This document shows, in pieces, positions 15,001 to 30,000 of a DNA stretch of 64,000 bases (positions are counted from its first letter, which is position 1; each line of letters begins with the position of its first letter). This DNA comes from Eledone cirrhosa (Eukaryota): positions 15,376,001 to 15,440,000 of the forward strand of contig OZ024742.1 in NCBI GenBank assembly GCA_964016885.1, read 5' to 3'. The notes below the pieces were generated by a model, which saw only the letters and a program-made list of their open reading frames with translations, ran no database searches and was not told where the DNA came from. Made by a program: the position numbers and the translations under genes.

Positions 15001-18000
15001 TATGTCCACTAGTTCCACTCTACCAATGTAATATGTCCACTAGTTCCACTCTACCAATGTAGGATGTCCACTAGTTCCACTCTACAAATGTAGGATGTAC
15101 ACTAGTTCCACTCTACCAGTGTAGGATGTCCACTAGTTCCACTCTACCAATGTAGGATGTCCACTAGATCCACTCTACCAATGTAGGATGTCCACTAGTT
15201 CCACTCTACAAATGTAGGATGTACACTAGTTCCACTCTACCAATGTAGGATGTCCACTAGTTCCACTCTACCAATGTAGGATGTCCACTAGTTCCACTCT
15301 ACCAATGTAGGATGTCCACTAGATCCACTCTACCAATGTAGGATGTCCACTAGTTCCACTCTACCAATGTAATATGTCCACTAGTTCCACTCTACCAATG
15401 TAATATGTCCACTAGTTCCACTCTACCAATGTAATATGTCCACTAGTTCCACTCTACCAATGTAGGATGTCCACTAGTTCCACTCTACCAATGTAGGATG
15501 TCCACTAGTTCCACTCTACCAATGTAATATGTCAACTAGTTCCATTCTACCAATGTAATATGTCCACTAGTCCCACTCTACCAATGTAGGATGTCCACTA
15601 GTTCCACTCTACCAATGTAATATGTCCACTAGTTCCACTCTACCAATGTAATATGTCCACTAGTCCCACGCTACCAATGTAATATGTTCACTAGTTCCAC
15701 TCTACCAATGTAATATGTCCACTAGTTCCACTCTACCAATGTAGGATTTCCACTAGTTCCACTCTACCAATGTAATATGTCCACTAGTTCCACTCTACCA
15801 ATGTAATATGTCCACTAGTCCCACGCTACCAATGTAATATGATCACTAGTTCCACTCTACCAATGTAATATGTCCACTAGTTCCACTCTACCAATGTACG
15901 ATGTCCACTAGTTCCACTCTACCAATGTAATATGTCCACTAGTTCCACTCTACGAATGTAATATGTCCACTAGTTCCACTCTACCAATGTAGGATGTCCA
16001 CTAGTCCCACTCTACCAATGTAGGATGTCCACTAGTTCCACTCTACCAATGTAATATGTCCACTAGTTCCACTCTACCAATGTAATATGTGCACTAGTTC
16101 CACTCTACCAATGTAATATTTCCACTAGTTCCACTCTACCAATGTAATATGTCCACTAGTTCCACTCTACCAATGTAGGATGTCCACTAGTTCCACTCTA
16201 CCAATGTAGGATGTCCACTAGTTCCACTCTACCAATGTAATATGTCCACTAGTTCCACTCTACCAATGTAATATGTCCACTAGTTCCACTCTACCAATGT
16301 AGGATGTCCACTAGTTCCACTCTACAAATGTAGGATGTACACTAGTTCCACTCTACCAATGTAGGATGTCCACTAGTTCCACTCTACCAATGTAGGATGT
16401 CCACTAGATCCACTCTACCAATGTAGGATGTCCACTAGTTCCACTCTACAAATGTAGGATGTACACTAGTTCCACTCTACCAATGTAGGATGTCCACTAG
16501 TTCCACTCTACCAATGTAGGATGTCCACTAGTTCCACTCTACCAATGTAGGATGTCCACTAGATCCACTCTACCAATGTAGGATGTCCACTAGTTCCACT
16601 CTACCAATGTAATATGTCCACTAGTTCCACTCTACCAATGTAATATGTCCACTAGTTCCACTCTACCAATGTAATATGTCCACTAGTTCCACTCTACCAA
16701 TGTAGGATGTCCACTAGTTCCACTCTACCAATGTAGGATGTCCACTAGTTCCACTCTACCAATGTAATATGTCAACTAGTTCCATTCTACCAATGTAATA
16801 TGTCCACTAGTCCCACTCTACCAATGTAGGATGTCCACTAGTTCCACTCTACCAATGTAATATGTCCACTAGTTCCACTCTACCAATGTAATATGTCCAC
16901 TAGTCCCACGCTACCAATGTAATATGTTCACTAGTTCCACTCTACCAATATAATATGTCCACTAGTTCCACTCTACCAATGTAGGATTTCCACTAGTTCC
17001 ACTCTACCAATGTAATATGTCCACTAGTTCCACTCTACCAATGTAATATGTCCACTAGTCCCACGCTACCAATGTAATATGTTCACTAGTTCCACTCTAC
17101 CAATGTAATATGTCCACTAGTTCCACTCTACCAATGTACGATGTCCACTAGTTCCACTCTACCAATGTAATATGTCCACTAGTTCCACTCTACGAATGTA
17201 ATATGTCCACTAGTTCCACTCTACCAATGTAGGATGTCCACTAGTCCCACTCTACCAATGTAGGATGTCCACTAGTTCCACTCTACCAATGTAATATGTC
17301 CACTAGTTCCACTCTACCAATGTAATATGTCCACTAGTTCCACTCTACCAATGTAATATCTTCACTAGTTCCACTCTACCAATGTAATATGTCCACTAGT
17401 TCCACTCTACCAATGTAATATGTCCACTAGTTCCACTCTACCAATGTAATATGTCCACTAGTTCCACTCTACCAATGTAATATGTTCACTAGTTCCACTC
17501 TACCAATGTAGTATGTCCACTAGTTCCACTCTACCAATGTAATATGTCCACTAGTTCCACTCTACCAATGTAATATATCCACTACTTCCACTCTACCAAT
17601 GTAGGATGTCCACTAGTTCCACTCTACCAATGTAATATGTCCACTAGTTCCACTCTACCAATGTAATATGTCCACTATTTCCACTCTACCAATGTAATAT
17701 GTCCACTAGTTCCTCTCTACCAATGTAATATGTTCACTAGTTCCACTCTACCAATGTAATATTTCCACTAGTTCCACTCTACCAATGTAATATGTCCACT
17801 AGTTCCACTCTACCAATGTAGGATGTCCACTAGTTCCACTCTACCAATGTAATATGTCCACTAGTTCCACTCTACCAATGTAATATGTCCACTAGTTCCA
17901 CTCTACCAATGTAGGATGTCCACTAGTTCCACTCTACCAATGTAATATGTCCACTAGTTCCACTCTACCAATGTAGGATGTCCACTAGTTCCACTCTACC

Positions 18001-21000
18001 AATGTAATATGTCCACTAGTTCCACTCTACCAATGTAATATGTCCACTAGTTCCACTCTACCAATGTAATATGTCCACTAGTTCCACTCTACCAATGTAG
18101 GATGTCCACTAGTTCCACTCTACCAATGTAATATGTCCACTAGTTCCACTCTACCAATGTAGGATGTCCACTAGATCCACTCTACCAATGTAGGATGTCC
18201 ACTAGTTCCACTCTACCAATGTAATATGTCCACTAGTTCCACTCTACCAATGTAATATGTCCACTAGTTCCACTCTACCAATGTAATATGTCCACTAGTT
18301 CCACTCTACCAATGTAGGATGTCCACTAGTTCCACTCTACCAATGTAGGATGTCCACTAGTTCCACTCTACCAATGTAATATGTCAACTAGTTCCATTCT
18401 ACCAATGTAATATGTCCACTAGTCCCACTCTACCAATGTAGGATGTCCACTAGTTCCACTCTACCAATGTAATATGTCCACTAGTTCCACTCTACCAATG
18501 TAATATGTCCACTAGTCCCACGCTACCAATGTAATATGTTCACTAGTTCCACTCTACCAATGTAATATGTCCACTAGTTCCACTCTACCAATGTAGGATT
18601 TCCACTAGTTCCACTCTACCAATGTAATATGTCCACTAGTTCCACTCTACCAATGTAATATGTCCACTAGTCCCACGCTACCAATGTAATATGATCACTA
18701 GTTCCACTCTACCAATGTAATATGTCCACTAGTTCCACTCTACCAATGTACGATGTCCACTAGTTCCACTCTACCAATGTAATATGTCCACTAGTTCCAC
18801 TCTACGAATGTAATATGTCCACTAGTTCCACTCTACCAATGTAGGATGTCCACTAGTCCCACTCTACCAATGTAGGATGTCCACTTGTTCCACTCTACCA
18901 ATGTAATATGTCCACTAGTTCCACTCTACCAATGTAATATGTGCACTAGTTCCACTCTACCAATGTAATATTTCCACTAGTTCCACTCTACCAATGTAAT
19001 ATGTCCACTAGTTCCACTCTACCAATGTAGGATGTCCACTAGTTCCACTCTACCAATGTAGGATGTCCACTAGTTCCACTCTACCAATGTAATATGTCCA
19101 CTAGTTCCACTCTACCAATGTAATATGTCCACTAGTTCCACTCTACCAATGTAGGATGTCCACTAGTTCCACTCTACAAATGTAGGATGTACACTAGTTC
19201 CACTCTACCAATGTAGGATGTCCACTAGTTCCACTCTACCAATGTAGGATGTCCACTAGATCCACTCTACCAATGTAGGATGTCCACTAGTTCCACTCTA
19301 CAAATGTAGGATGTACACTAGTTCCACTCTACCAATGTAGGATGTCCACTAGTTCCACTCTACCAATGTAGGATGTCCACTAGTTCCACTCTACCAATGT
19401 AGGATGTCCACTAGATCCACTCTACCAATGTAGGATGTCCACTAGTTCCACTCTACCAATGTAATATGTCCACTAGTTCCACTCTACCAATGTAATATGT
19501 CCACTAGTTCCACTCTACCAATGTAATATGTCCACTAGTTCCACTCTACCAATGTAGGATGTCCACTAGTTCCACTCTACCAATGTAGGATGTCCACTAG
19601 TTCCACTCTACCAATGTAATATGTCAACTAGTTCCATTCTACCAATGTAATATGTCCACTAGTCCCACTCTACCAATGTAGGATGTCCACTAGTTCCACT
19701 CTACCAATGTAATATGTCCACTAGTTCCACTCTACCAATGTAATATGTCCACTAGTCCCACGCTACCAATGTAATATGTTCACTAGTTCCACTCTACCAA
19801 TATAATATGTCCACTAGTTCCACTCTACCAATGTAGGATTTCCACTAGTTCCACTCTACCAATGTAATATGTCCACTAGTTCCACTCTACCAATGTAATA
19901 TGTCCACTAGTCCCACGCTACCAATGTAATATGTTCACTAGTTCCACTCTACCAATGTAATATGTCCACTAGTTCCACTCTACCAATGTACGATGTCCAC
20001 TAGTTCCACTCTACCAATGTAATATGTCCACTAGTTCCACTCTACGAATGTAATATGTCCACTAGTTCCACTCTACCAATGTAGGATGTCCACTAGTCCC
20101 ACTCTACCAATGTAGGATGTCCACTAGATCCACTCTACCAATGTAGGATGTCCACTAGTTCCACTCTACAAATGTAGGATGTACACTAGTTCCACTCTAC
20201 CAATGTAGGATGTCCACTAGTTCCACTCTACCAATGTAGGATGTCCACTAGTTCCACTCTACCAATGTAGGATGTCCACTAGATCCACTCTACCAATGTA
20301 GGATGTCCACTAGTTCCACTCTACCAATGTAATATGTCCACTAGTTCCACTCTACCAATGTAATATGTCCACTAGTTCCACTCTACCAATGTAATATGTC
20401 CACTAGTTCCACTCTACCAATGTAGGATGTCCACTAGTTCCACTCTACCAATGTAGGATGTCCACTAGTTCCACTCTACCAATGTAATATGTCAACTAGT
20501 TCCATTCTACCAATGTAATATGTCCACTAGTCCCACTCTACCAATGTAGGATGTCCACTAGTTCCACTCTACCAATGTAATATGTCCACTAGTTCCACTC
20601 TACCAATGTAATATGTCCACTAGTCCCACGCTACCAATGTAATATGTTCACTAGTTCCACTCTACCAATATAATATGTCCACTAGTTCCACTCTACCAAT
20701 GTAGGATTTCCACTAGTTCCACTCTACCAATGTAATATGTCCACTAGTTCCACTCTACCAATGTAATATGTCCACTAGTCCCACGCTACCAATGTAATAT
20801 GTTCACTAGTTCCACTCTACCAATGTAATATGTCCACTAGTTCCACTCTACCAATGTACGATGTCCACTAGTTCCACTCTACCAATGTAATATGTCCACT
20901 AGTTCCACTCTACGAATGTAATATGTCCACTAGTTCCACTCTACCAATGTAGGATGTCCACTAGTCCCACTCTACCAATGTAGGATGTCCACTAGTTCCA

Positions 21001-24000
21001 CTCTACCAATGTAATATGTCCACTAGTTCCACTCTACCAATGTAATATGTCCACTAGTTCCACTCTACCAATGTAATATCTTCACTAGTTCCACTCTACC
21101 AATGTAATATGTCCACTAGTTCCACTCTACCAATGTAATATGTCCACTAGTTCCACTCTACCAATGTAATATGTCCACTAGTTCCACTCTACCAATGTAA
21201 TATGTTCACTAGTTCCACTCTACCAATGTAGTATGTCCACTAGTTCCACTCTACCAATGTAATATGTCCACTAGTTCCACTCTACCAATGTAATATATCC
21301 ACTACTTCCACTCTACCAATGTAGGATGTCCACTAGTTCCACTCTACGAATGTAATATGTCCACTAGTTCCACTCTACCAATGTAATATGTCCACTAGTC
21401 CCACGCTACCAATGTAATATGTTCACTAGTTCCACTCTACCAATATAATATGTCCACTAGTTCCACTCTACCAATGTAGGATTTCCACTAGTTCCACTCT
21501 ACCAATGTAATATGTCCACTAGTTCCACTCTACCAATGTAATATGTCCACTAGTCCCACGCTACCAATGTAATATGTTCACTAGTTCCACTCTACCAATG
21601 TAATATGTCCACTAGTTCCACTCTACCAATGTACGATGTCCACTAGTTCCACTCTACCAATGTAATATGTCCACTAGTTCCACTCTACGAATGTAATATG
21701 TCCACTAGTTCCACTCTACCAATGTAGGATGTCCACTAGTCCCACTCTACCAATGTAGGATGTCCACTAGATCCACTCTACCAATGTAGGATGTCCACTA
21801 GTTCCACTCTACAAATGTAGGATGTACACTAGTTCCACTCTACCAATGTAGGATGTCCACTAGTTCCACTCTACCAATGTAGGATGTCCACTAGTTCCAC
21901 TCTACCAATGTAGGATGTCCACTAGATCCACTCTACCAATGTAGGATGTCCACTAGTTCCACTCTACCAATGTAATATGTCCACTAGTTCCACTCTACCA
22001 ATGTAATATGTCCACTAGTTCCACTCTACCAATGTAATATGTCCACTAGTTCCACTCTACCAATGTAGGATGTCCACTAGTTCCACTCTACCAATGTAGG
22101 ATGTCCACTAGTTCCACTCTACCAATGTAATATGTCAACTAGTTCCATTCTACCAATGTAATATGTCCACTAGTCCCACTCTACCAATGTAGGATGTCCA
22201 CTAGTTCCACTCTACCAATGTAATATGTCCACTAGTTCCACTCTACCAATGTAATATGTCCACTAGTCCCACGCTACCAATGTAATATGTTCACTAGTTC
22301 CACTCTACCAATATAATATGTCCACTAGTTCCACTCTACCAATGTAGGATTTCCACTAGTTCCACTCTACCAATGTAATATGTCCACTAGTTCCACTCTA
22401 CCAATGTAATATGTCCACTAGTCCCACGCTACCAATGTAATATGTTCACTAGTTCCACTCTACCAATGTAATATGTCCACTAGTTCCACTCTACCAATGT
22501 ACGATGTCCACTAGTTCCACTCTACCAATGTAATATGTCCACTAGTTCCACTCTACGAATGTAATATGTCCACTAGTTCCACTCTACCAATGTAGGATGT
22601 CCACTAGTCCCACTCTACCAATGTAGGATGTCCACTAGTTCCACTCTACCAATGTAATATGTCCACTAGTTCCACTCTACCAATGTAATATGTCCACTAG
22701 TTCCACTCTACCAATGTAATATCTTCACTAGTTCCACTCTACCAATGTAATATGTCCACTAGTTCCACTCTACCAATGTAATATGTCCACTAGTTCCACT
22801 CTACCAATGTAATATGTCCACTAGTTCCACTCTACCAATGTAATATGTTCACTAGTTCCACTCTACCAATGTAGTATGTCCACTAGTTCCACTCTACCAA
22901 TGTAATATGTCCACTAGTTCCACTCTACCAATGTAATATATCCACTACTTCCACTCTACCAATGTAGGATGTCCACTAGTTCCACTCTACGAATGTAATA
23001 TGTCCACTAGTTCCACTCTACCAATGTAATATGTCCACTATTTCCACTCTACCAATGTAATATGTCCACTAGTTCCTCTCTACCAATGTAATATGTTCAC
23101 TAGTTCCACTCTACCAATGTAATATTTCCACTAGTTCCACTCTACCAATGTAATATGTCCACTAGTTCCACTCTACCAATGTAGGATGTCCACTAGTTCC
23201 ACTCTACCAATGTAATATGTCCACTAGTTCCACTCTACCAATGTAATATGTCCACTAGTTCCACTCTACCAATGTAGGATGTCCACTAGTTCCACTCTAC
23301 CAATGTAATATGTCCACTAGTTCCACTCTACCAATGTAGGATGTCCACTAGTTCCACTCTACCAATGTAATATGTCCACTAGTTCCACTCTACCAATGTA
23401 ATATGTCCACTAGTTCCACTCTACCAATGTAATATGTCCACTAGTTCCACTCTACCAATGTAGGATGTCCACTAGTTCCACTCTACCAATGTAATATGTC
23501 CACTAGTTCCACTCTACCAATGTAGGATGTCCACTAGATCCACTCTACCAATGTAGGATGTCCACTAGTTCCACTCTACCAATGTAATATGTCCACTAGT
23601 TCCACTCTACCAATGTAATATGTCCACTAGTTCCACTCTACCAATGTAATATGTCCACTAGTTCCACTCTACCAATGTAGGATGTCCACTAGTTCCACTC
23701 TACCAATGTAGGATGTCCACTAGTTCCACTCTACCAATGTAATATGTCAACTAGTTCCATTCTACCAATGTAATATGTCCACTAGTCCCACTCTACCAAT
23801 GTAGGATGTCCACTAGTTCCACTCTACCAATGTAATATGTCCACTAGTTCCACTCTACCAATGTAATATGTCCACTAGTCCCACGCTACCAATGTAATAT
23901 GTTCACTAGTTCCACTCTACCAATGTAATATGTCCACTAGTTCCACTCTACCAATGTAGGATTTCCACTAGTTCCACTCTACCAATGTAATATGTCCACT

Positions 24001-27000
24001 AGTTCCACTCTACCAATGTAATATGTCCACTAGTCCCACGCTACCAATGTAATATGATCACTAGTTCCACTCTACCAATGTAATATGTCCACTAGTTCCA
24101 CTCTACCAATGTACGATGTCCACTAGTTCCACTCTACCAATGTAATATGTCCACTAGTTCCACTCTACGAATGTAATATGTCCACTAGTTCCACTCTACC
24201 AATGTAGGATGTCCACTAGTCCCACTCTACCAATGTAGGATGTCCACTAGTTCCACTCTACCAATGTAATATGTCCACTAGTTCCACTCTACCAATGTAA
24301 TATGTGCACTAGTTCCACTCTACCAATGTAATATTTCCACTAGTTCCACTCTACCAATGTAATATGTCCACTAGTTCCACTCTACCAATGTAGGATGTCC
24401 ACTAGTTCCACTCTACCAATGTAGGATGTCCACTAGTTCCACTCTACCAATGTAATATGTCCACTAGTTCCACTCTACCAATGTAATATGTCCACTAGTT
24501 CCACTCTACCAATGTAGGATGTCCACTAGTTCCACTCTACAAATGTAGGATGTACACTAGTTCCACTCTACCAATGTAGGATGTCCACTAGTTCCACTCT
24601 ACCAATGTAGGATGTCCACTAGATCCACTCTACCAATGTAGGATGTCCACTAGTTCCACTCTACAAATGTAGGATGTACACTAGTTCCACTCTACCAATG
24701 TAGGATGTCCACTAGTTCCACTCTACCAATGTAGGATGTCCACTAGTTCCACTCTACCAATGTAGGATGTCCACTAGATCCACTCTACCAATGTAGGATG
24801 TCCACTAGTTCCACTCTACCAATGTAATATGTCCACTAGTTCCACTCTACCAATGTAATATGTCCACTAGTTCCACTCTACCAATGTAATATGTCCACTA
24901 GTTCCACTCTACCAATGTAGGATGTCCACTAGTTCCACTCTACCAATGTAGGATGTCCACTAGTTCCACTCTACCAATGTAATATGTCAACTAGTTCCAT
25001 TCTACCAATGTAATATGTCCACTAGTCCCACTCTACCAATGTAGGATGTCCACTAGTTCCACTCTACCAATGTAATATGTCCACTAGTTCCACTCTACCA
25101 ATGTAATATGTCCACTAGTCCCACGCTACCAATGTAATATGTTCACTAGTTCCACTCTACCAATATAATATGTCCACTAGTTCCACTCTACCAATGTAGG
25201 ATTTCCACTAGTTCCACTCTACCAATGTAATATGTCCACTAGTTCCACTCTACCAATGTAATATGTCCACTAGTCCCACGCTACCAATGTAATATGTTCA
25301 CTAGTTCCACTCTACCAATGTAATATGTCCACTAGTTCCACTCTACCAATGTACGATGTCCACTAGTTCCACTCTACCAATGTAATATGTCCACTAGTTC
25401 CACTCTACGAATGTAATATGTCCACTAGTTCCACTCTACCAATGTAGGATGTCCACTAGTCCCACTCTACCAATGTAGGATGTCCACTAGTTCCACTCTA
25501 CCAATGTAATATGTCCACTAGTTCCACTCTACCAATGTAATATGTCCACTAGTTCCACTCTACCAATGTAATATCTTCACTAGTTCCACTCTACCAATGT
25601 AATATGTCCACTAGTTCCACTCTACCAATGTAATATGTCCACTAGTTCCACTCTACCAATGTAATATGTCCACTAGTTCCACTCTACCAATGTAATATGT
25701 TCACTAGTTCCACTCTACCAATGTAGTATGTCCACTAGTTCCACTCTACCAATGTAATATGTCCACTAGTTCCACTCTACCAATGTAATATATCCACTAC
25801 TTCCACTCTACCAATGTAGGATGTCCACTAGTTCCACTCTACGAATGTAATATGTCCACTAGTTCCACTCTACCAATGTAATATGTCCACTATTTCCACT
25901 CTACCAATGTAATATGTCCACTAGTTCCTCTCTACCAATGTAATATGTTCACTAGTTCCACTCTACCAATGTAATATTTCCACTAGTTCCACTCTACCAA
26001 TGTAATATGTCCACTAGTTCCACTCTACCAATGTAGGATGTCCACTAGTTCCACTCTACCAATGTAATATGTCCACTAGTTCCACTCTACCAATGTAATA
26101 TGTCCACTAGTTCCACTCTACCAATGTAGGATGTCCACTAGTTCCACTCTACCAATGTAATATGTCCACTAGTTCCACTCTACCAATGTAGGATGTCCAC
26201 TAGTTCCACTCTACCAATGTAATATGTCCACTAGTTCCACTCTACTAATGTAATATGTCCACTAGTTCCACTCTACCAATGTAGGATGTCTACTAGTTCC
26301 ACTCTACCAATGTAGGATGTACACTAGTTCCACTCTACCAATGTAATATGTCCACTAGTTCCACTCTACCAATGTAGTATGTCCACTAGTTCCACTCTAC
26401 CAATGTAATATGTCCACTAGTTCCACTCTACCAATGTAATATATCCACTAGTTCCACTCTACCAATGTAGTATGTCCACTAGATTTACTCTACCAATGTA
26501 ATATGTACACTAGTTCCACTCTACCAATGTAATATGTCCACTAGTTCCACTCTACCAATGTAATATGTTCACTAGTTCCACTCTACCAATGTAATATGTC
26601 CACTAGTTCCACTCTACCAATGTAATATGTCCACTAGTTCCACTCTACCAATGTAATATGTACACTAGTTCCACTCTACCTATGTAATATGTCCACTAGT
26701 TCCACTCTACCAATGTAGGATGTCCACTAGTTCCACTCTACCAATGTAATATGTCCACTAGTTCCACTCTACCAATGTAACATGTCCACTAGTTCCACTC
26801 TACCAATGTAATATGTTCACTAGTTCCACTCTACCAATGTAATATGTCCACTAGTTCCACTCTACCAATGTAGGATGTCAACTAGTTCCACTCTACCAAT
26901 GTAGGATGTCCACTAGTTCCACTCTACTAATGTAATATGTACACTAGTTCCACTCTACCTATGTAGGATGTCCACTAGTTCCACTCTACCTATGTAGGAT

Positions 27001-30000
27001 GTCCACTAGTTCCACTCTACCAATGTAATATGTCCACTAGTTCTACTCTACCAATGTAGGATGTCCACTAGTTCCACTCTACCAATGTGGGATGTCCACT
27101 AGTTCCACTCTACCAATGTAATATGTCCACTAGTTCCACTCTACCAATGTAGGATGTCCACTAGTTCCACTCTACCAATGTAATATGTCCACTAGTTCCA
27201 CTCTACCAATGCAGGATGTCCACTAGTTCCACTCTACCAATGTAGGATGTCCACTAGTTCCACTCTACCAATGTAATATATCCACTAGTTCCACTCTACC
27301 TATGTAATATGTCCACTAGTTCCACTCTACCAATGTAATATGTCCACTAGTTCCACTCTACCAATGTAATATATCCACTAGTTCCACTCTACCAATGTAG
27401 GATGTCCACTAGTTCCACTCTACCAATGTAATATGTCCACTAGTTCCACTCTACCAATGCAGGATGTCCACTAGTTCCACTCTACCAATGTAGGATGTCC
27501 ACTAGTTCCACTCTACCAATGTAATATGTTCACTAGTTCCACTCTACCAATGTAATATGTCCACTAGTTCCACTCTACCAATGTAATATGTCCACTAGTT
27601 CCACTCTACCAATGTAATATGTACACTAGTTCCACTCTACCTATGTAATATGTCCACTAGTTCCACTCTACCAATGTAGGATGTCCACTAGTTCCACTCT
27701 ACCAATGTAATATGTCCACTAGTTCCACTCTACCAATGTAACATGTCCACTAGTTCCACTCTACCAATGTAATATGTTCACTAGTTCCACTCTACCAATG
27801 TAATATGTCCACTAGTTCCACTCTACCAATGTAGGATGTCAACTAGTTCCACTCTACCAATGTAGGATGTCCACTAGTTCCACTCTACTAATGTAATATG
27901 TACACTAGTTCCACTCTACCTATGTAGGATGTCCACTAGTTCCACTCTACCTATGTAGGATGTCCACTAGTTCCACTCTACCAATGTAATATGTCCACTA
28001 GTTCTACTCTACCAATGTAGGATGTCCACTAGTTCCACTCTACCAATGTGGGATGTCCACTAGTTCCACTCTACCAATGTAATATGTCCACTAGTTCCAC
28101 TCTACCAATGTAGGATGTCCACTAGTTCCACTCTACCAATGTAATATGTCCACTAGTTCCACTCTACCAATGCAGGATGTCCACTAGTTCCACTCTACCA
28201 ATGTAGGATGTCCACTAGTTCCACTCTACCAATGTAATATGTCCACTAGTTCCACTCTACCTATGTAATATGTCCACTAGTTCCACTCTACCAATGTAGG
28301 ATGTCCACTAGTTCCACTCTACCAATGTAATATGTCCACTAGTTCCACTCTACCAATGTAACATGTCCACTAGTTCCACTCTACCAATGTAATATGTTCA
28401 CTAGTTCCACTCTACCAATGTAATATGTCCACTAGTTCCACTCTACCAATGTAGGATGTCAACTAGTTCCACTCTACCAATGTAGGATGTCCACTAGTTC
28501 CACTCTACTAATGTAATATGTACACTAGTTCCACTCTACCTATGTAGGATGTCCACTAGTTCCACTCTACCTATGTAGGATGTCCACTAGTTCCACTCTA
28601 CCAATGTAATATGTCCACTAGTTCTACTCTACCAATGTAGGATGTCCACTAGTTCCACTCTACCAATGTGGGATGTCCACTAGTTCCACTCTACCAATGT
28701 AATATGTCCACTAGTTCCACTCTACCAATGTAGGATGTCCACTAGTTCCACTCTACCAATGTAATATGTCCACTAGTTCCACTCTACCAATGCAGGATGT
28801 CCACTAGTTCCACTCTACCAATGTAGGATGTCCACTAGTTCCACTCTACCAATGTAATATATCCACTACTTCCACTCTACCAATGTAGGATGTCCACTAG
28901 TTCCACTCTACCAATGTAGGATGTCCACTAGTTCCACTCTACCAATGTAATATATCCACTAGTTCCACTCTACCAATGTAATATATCCACTACTTCCACT
29001 CTACCAATGTAGGATGTCCACTAGTTCCACTCTACCAATGTAGGATGTCCACTAGTTCCACTCTACCAATGTAATATGTCCACTAGTTCCACTCTACCAA
29101 TGTAGGATGTCCACTAGTTCCACTCTACCAATGTAATATGTCCACTAGTTTCACTCTACCAATGTAGGATGTCCACTAGTTCCACTCTACCAATGTAATA
29201 TGTCCACTAGTTCCACTCTACCAATGTAGGATGTCCACTAGTTCCACTCTACCAATGTAATATGTCCACTAGTTCCACTCTATCAATGTAATATGTCCAC
29301 TAGTTCCACTCTACCAATGTAATATGTCCACTAGTTCCACTCTACCAATGTAGGATGTCCACTAGTTCCACTCTACCAATGTAATATGTCCACTAGTTCC
29401 ACTCTACCAATGTAGGATGTCCACTAGTTCCACTCTACCAATGTAATATGTCCACTAGTTCCACTCTACCAATGTAATATGTCCACTAGTTCCACTCTAC
29501 CAATGTAATATGTCCACTAGTTCCACTCTATCAATGTAATATGTCCACTAGTTCCACTCTACCAATGTAATATGTCCACTAGTTCCACTCTACCAATGTA
29601 GGATGTCCACTAGTTCCACTCTACCAATGTAATATGTCCACTAGTTCCACTCTACCAATGTAGGATGTCCACTAGTTCCACTCTACCAATGTAATATGTC
29701 CACTAGTTCCACTCTACCAATGTAGGATGTCCACTAGTTCCACTCTACCAATGTAATATGTCCACTAGTTCCACTCTATCAATGTAATATGTCCACTAGT
29801 TCCACTCTACCAATGTAATATGTCCACTAGTTCCACTCTACCAATGTAGGATGTCCACTAGTTCCACTCTACCAATGTAGGATGTACACTAGTTCCACTC
29901 TACCAATGTAGGATGTCCACTAGTTCCACTCTACCAATGTAGGATGTACACTAGCTCCACTCTACCAATGTAATATGTCCACTAGTTCCACTCTACCAAT

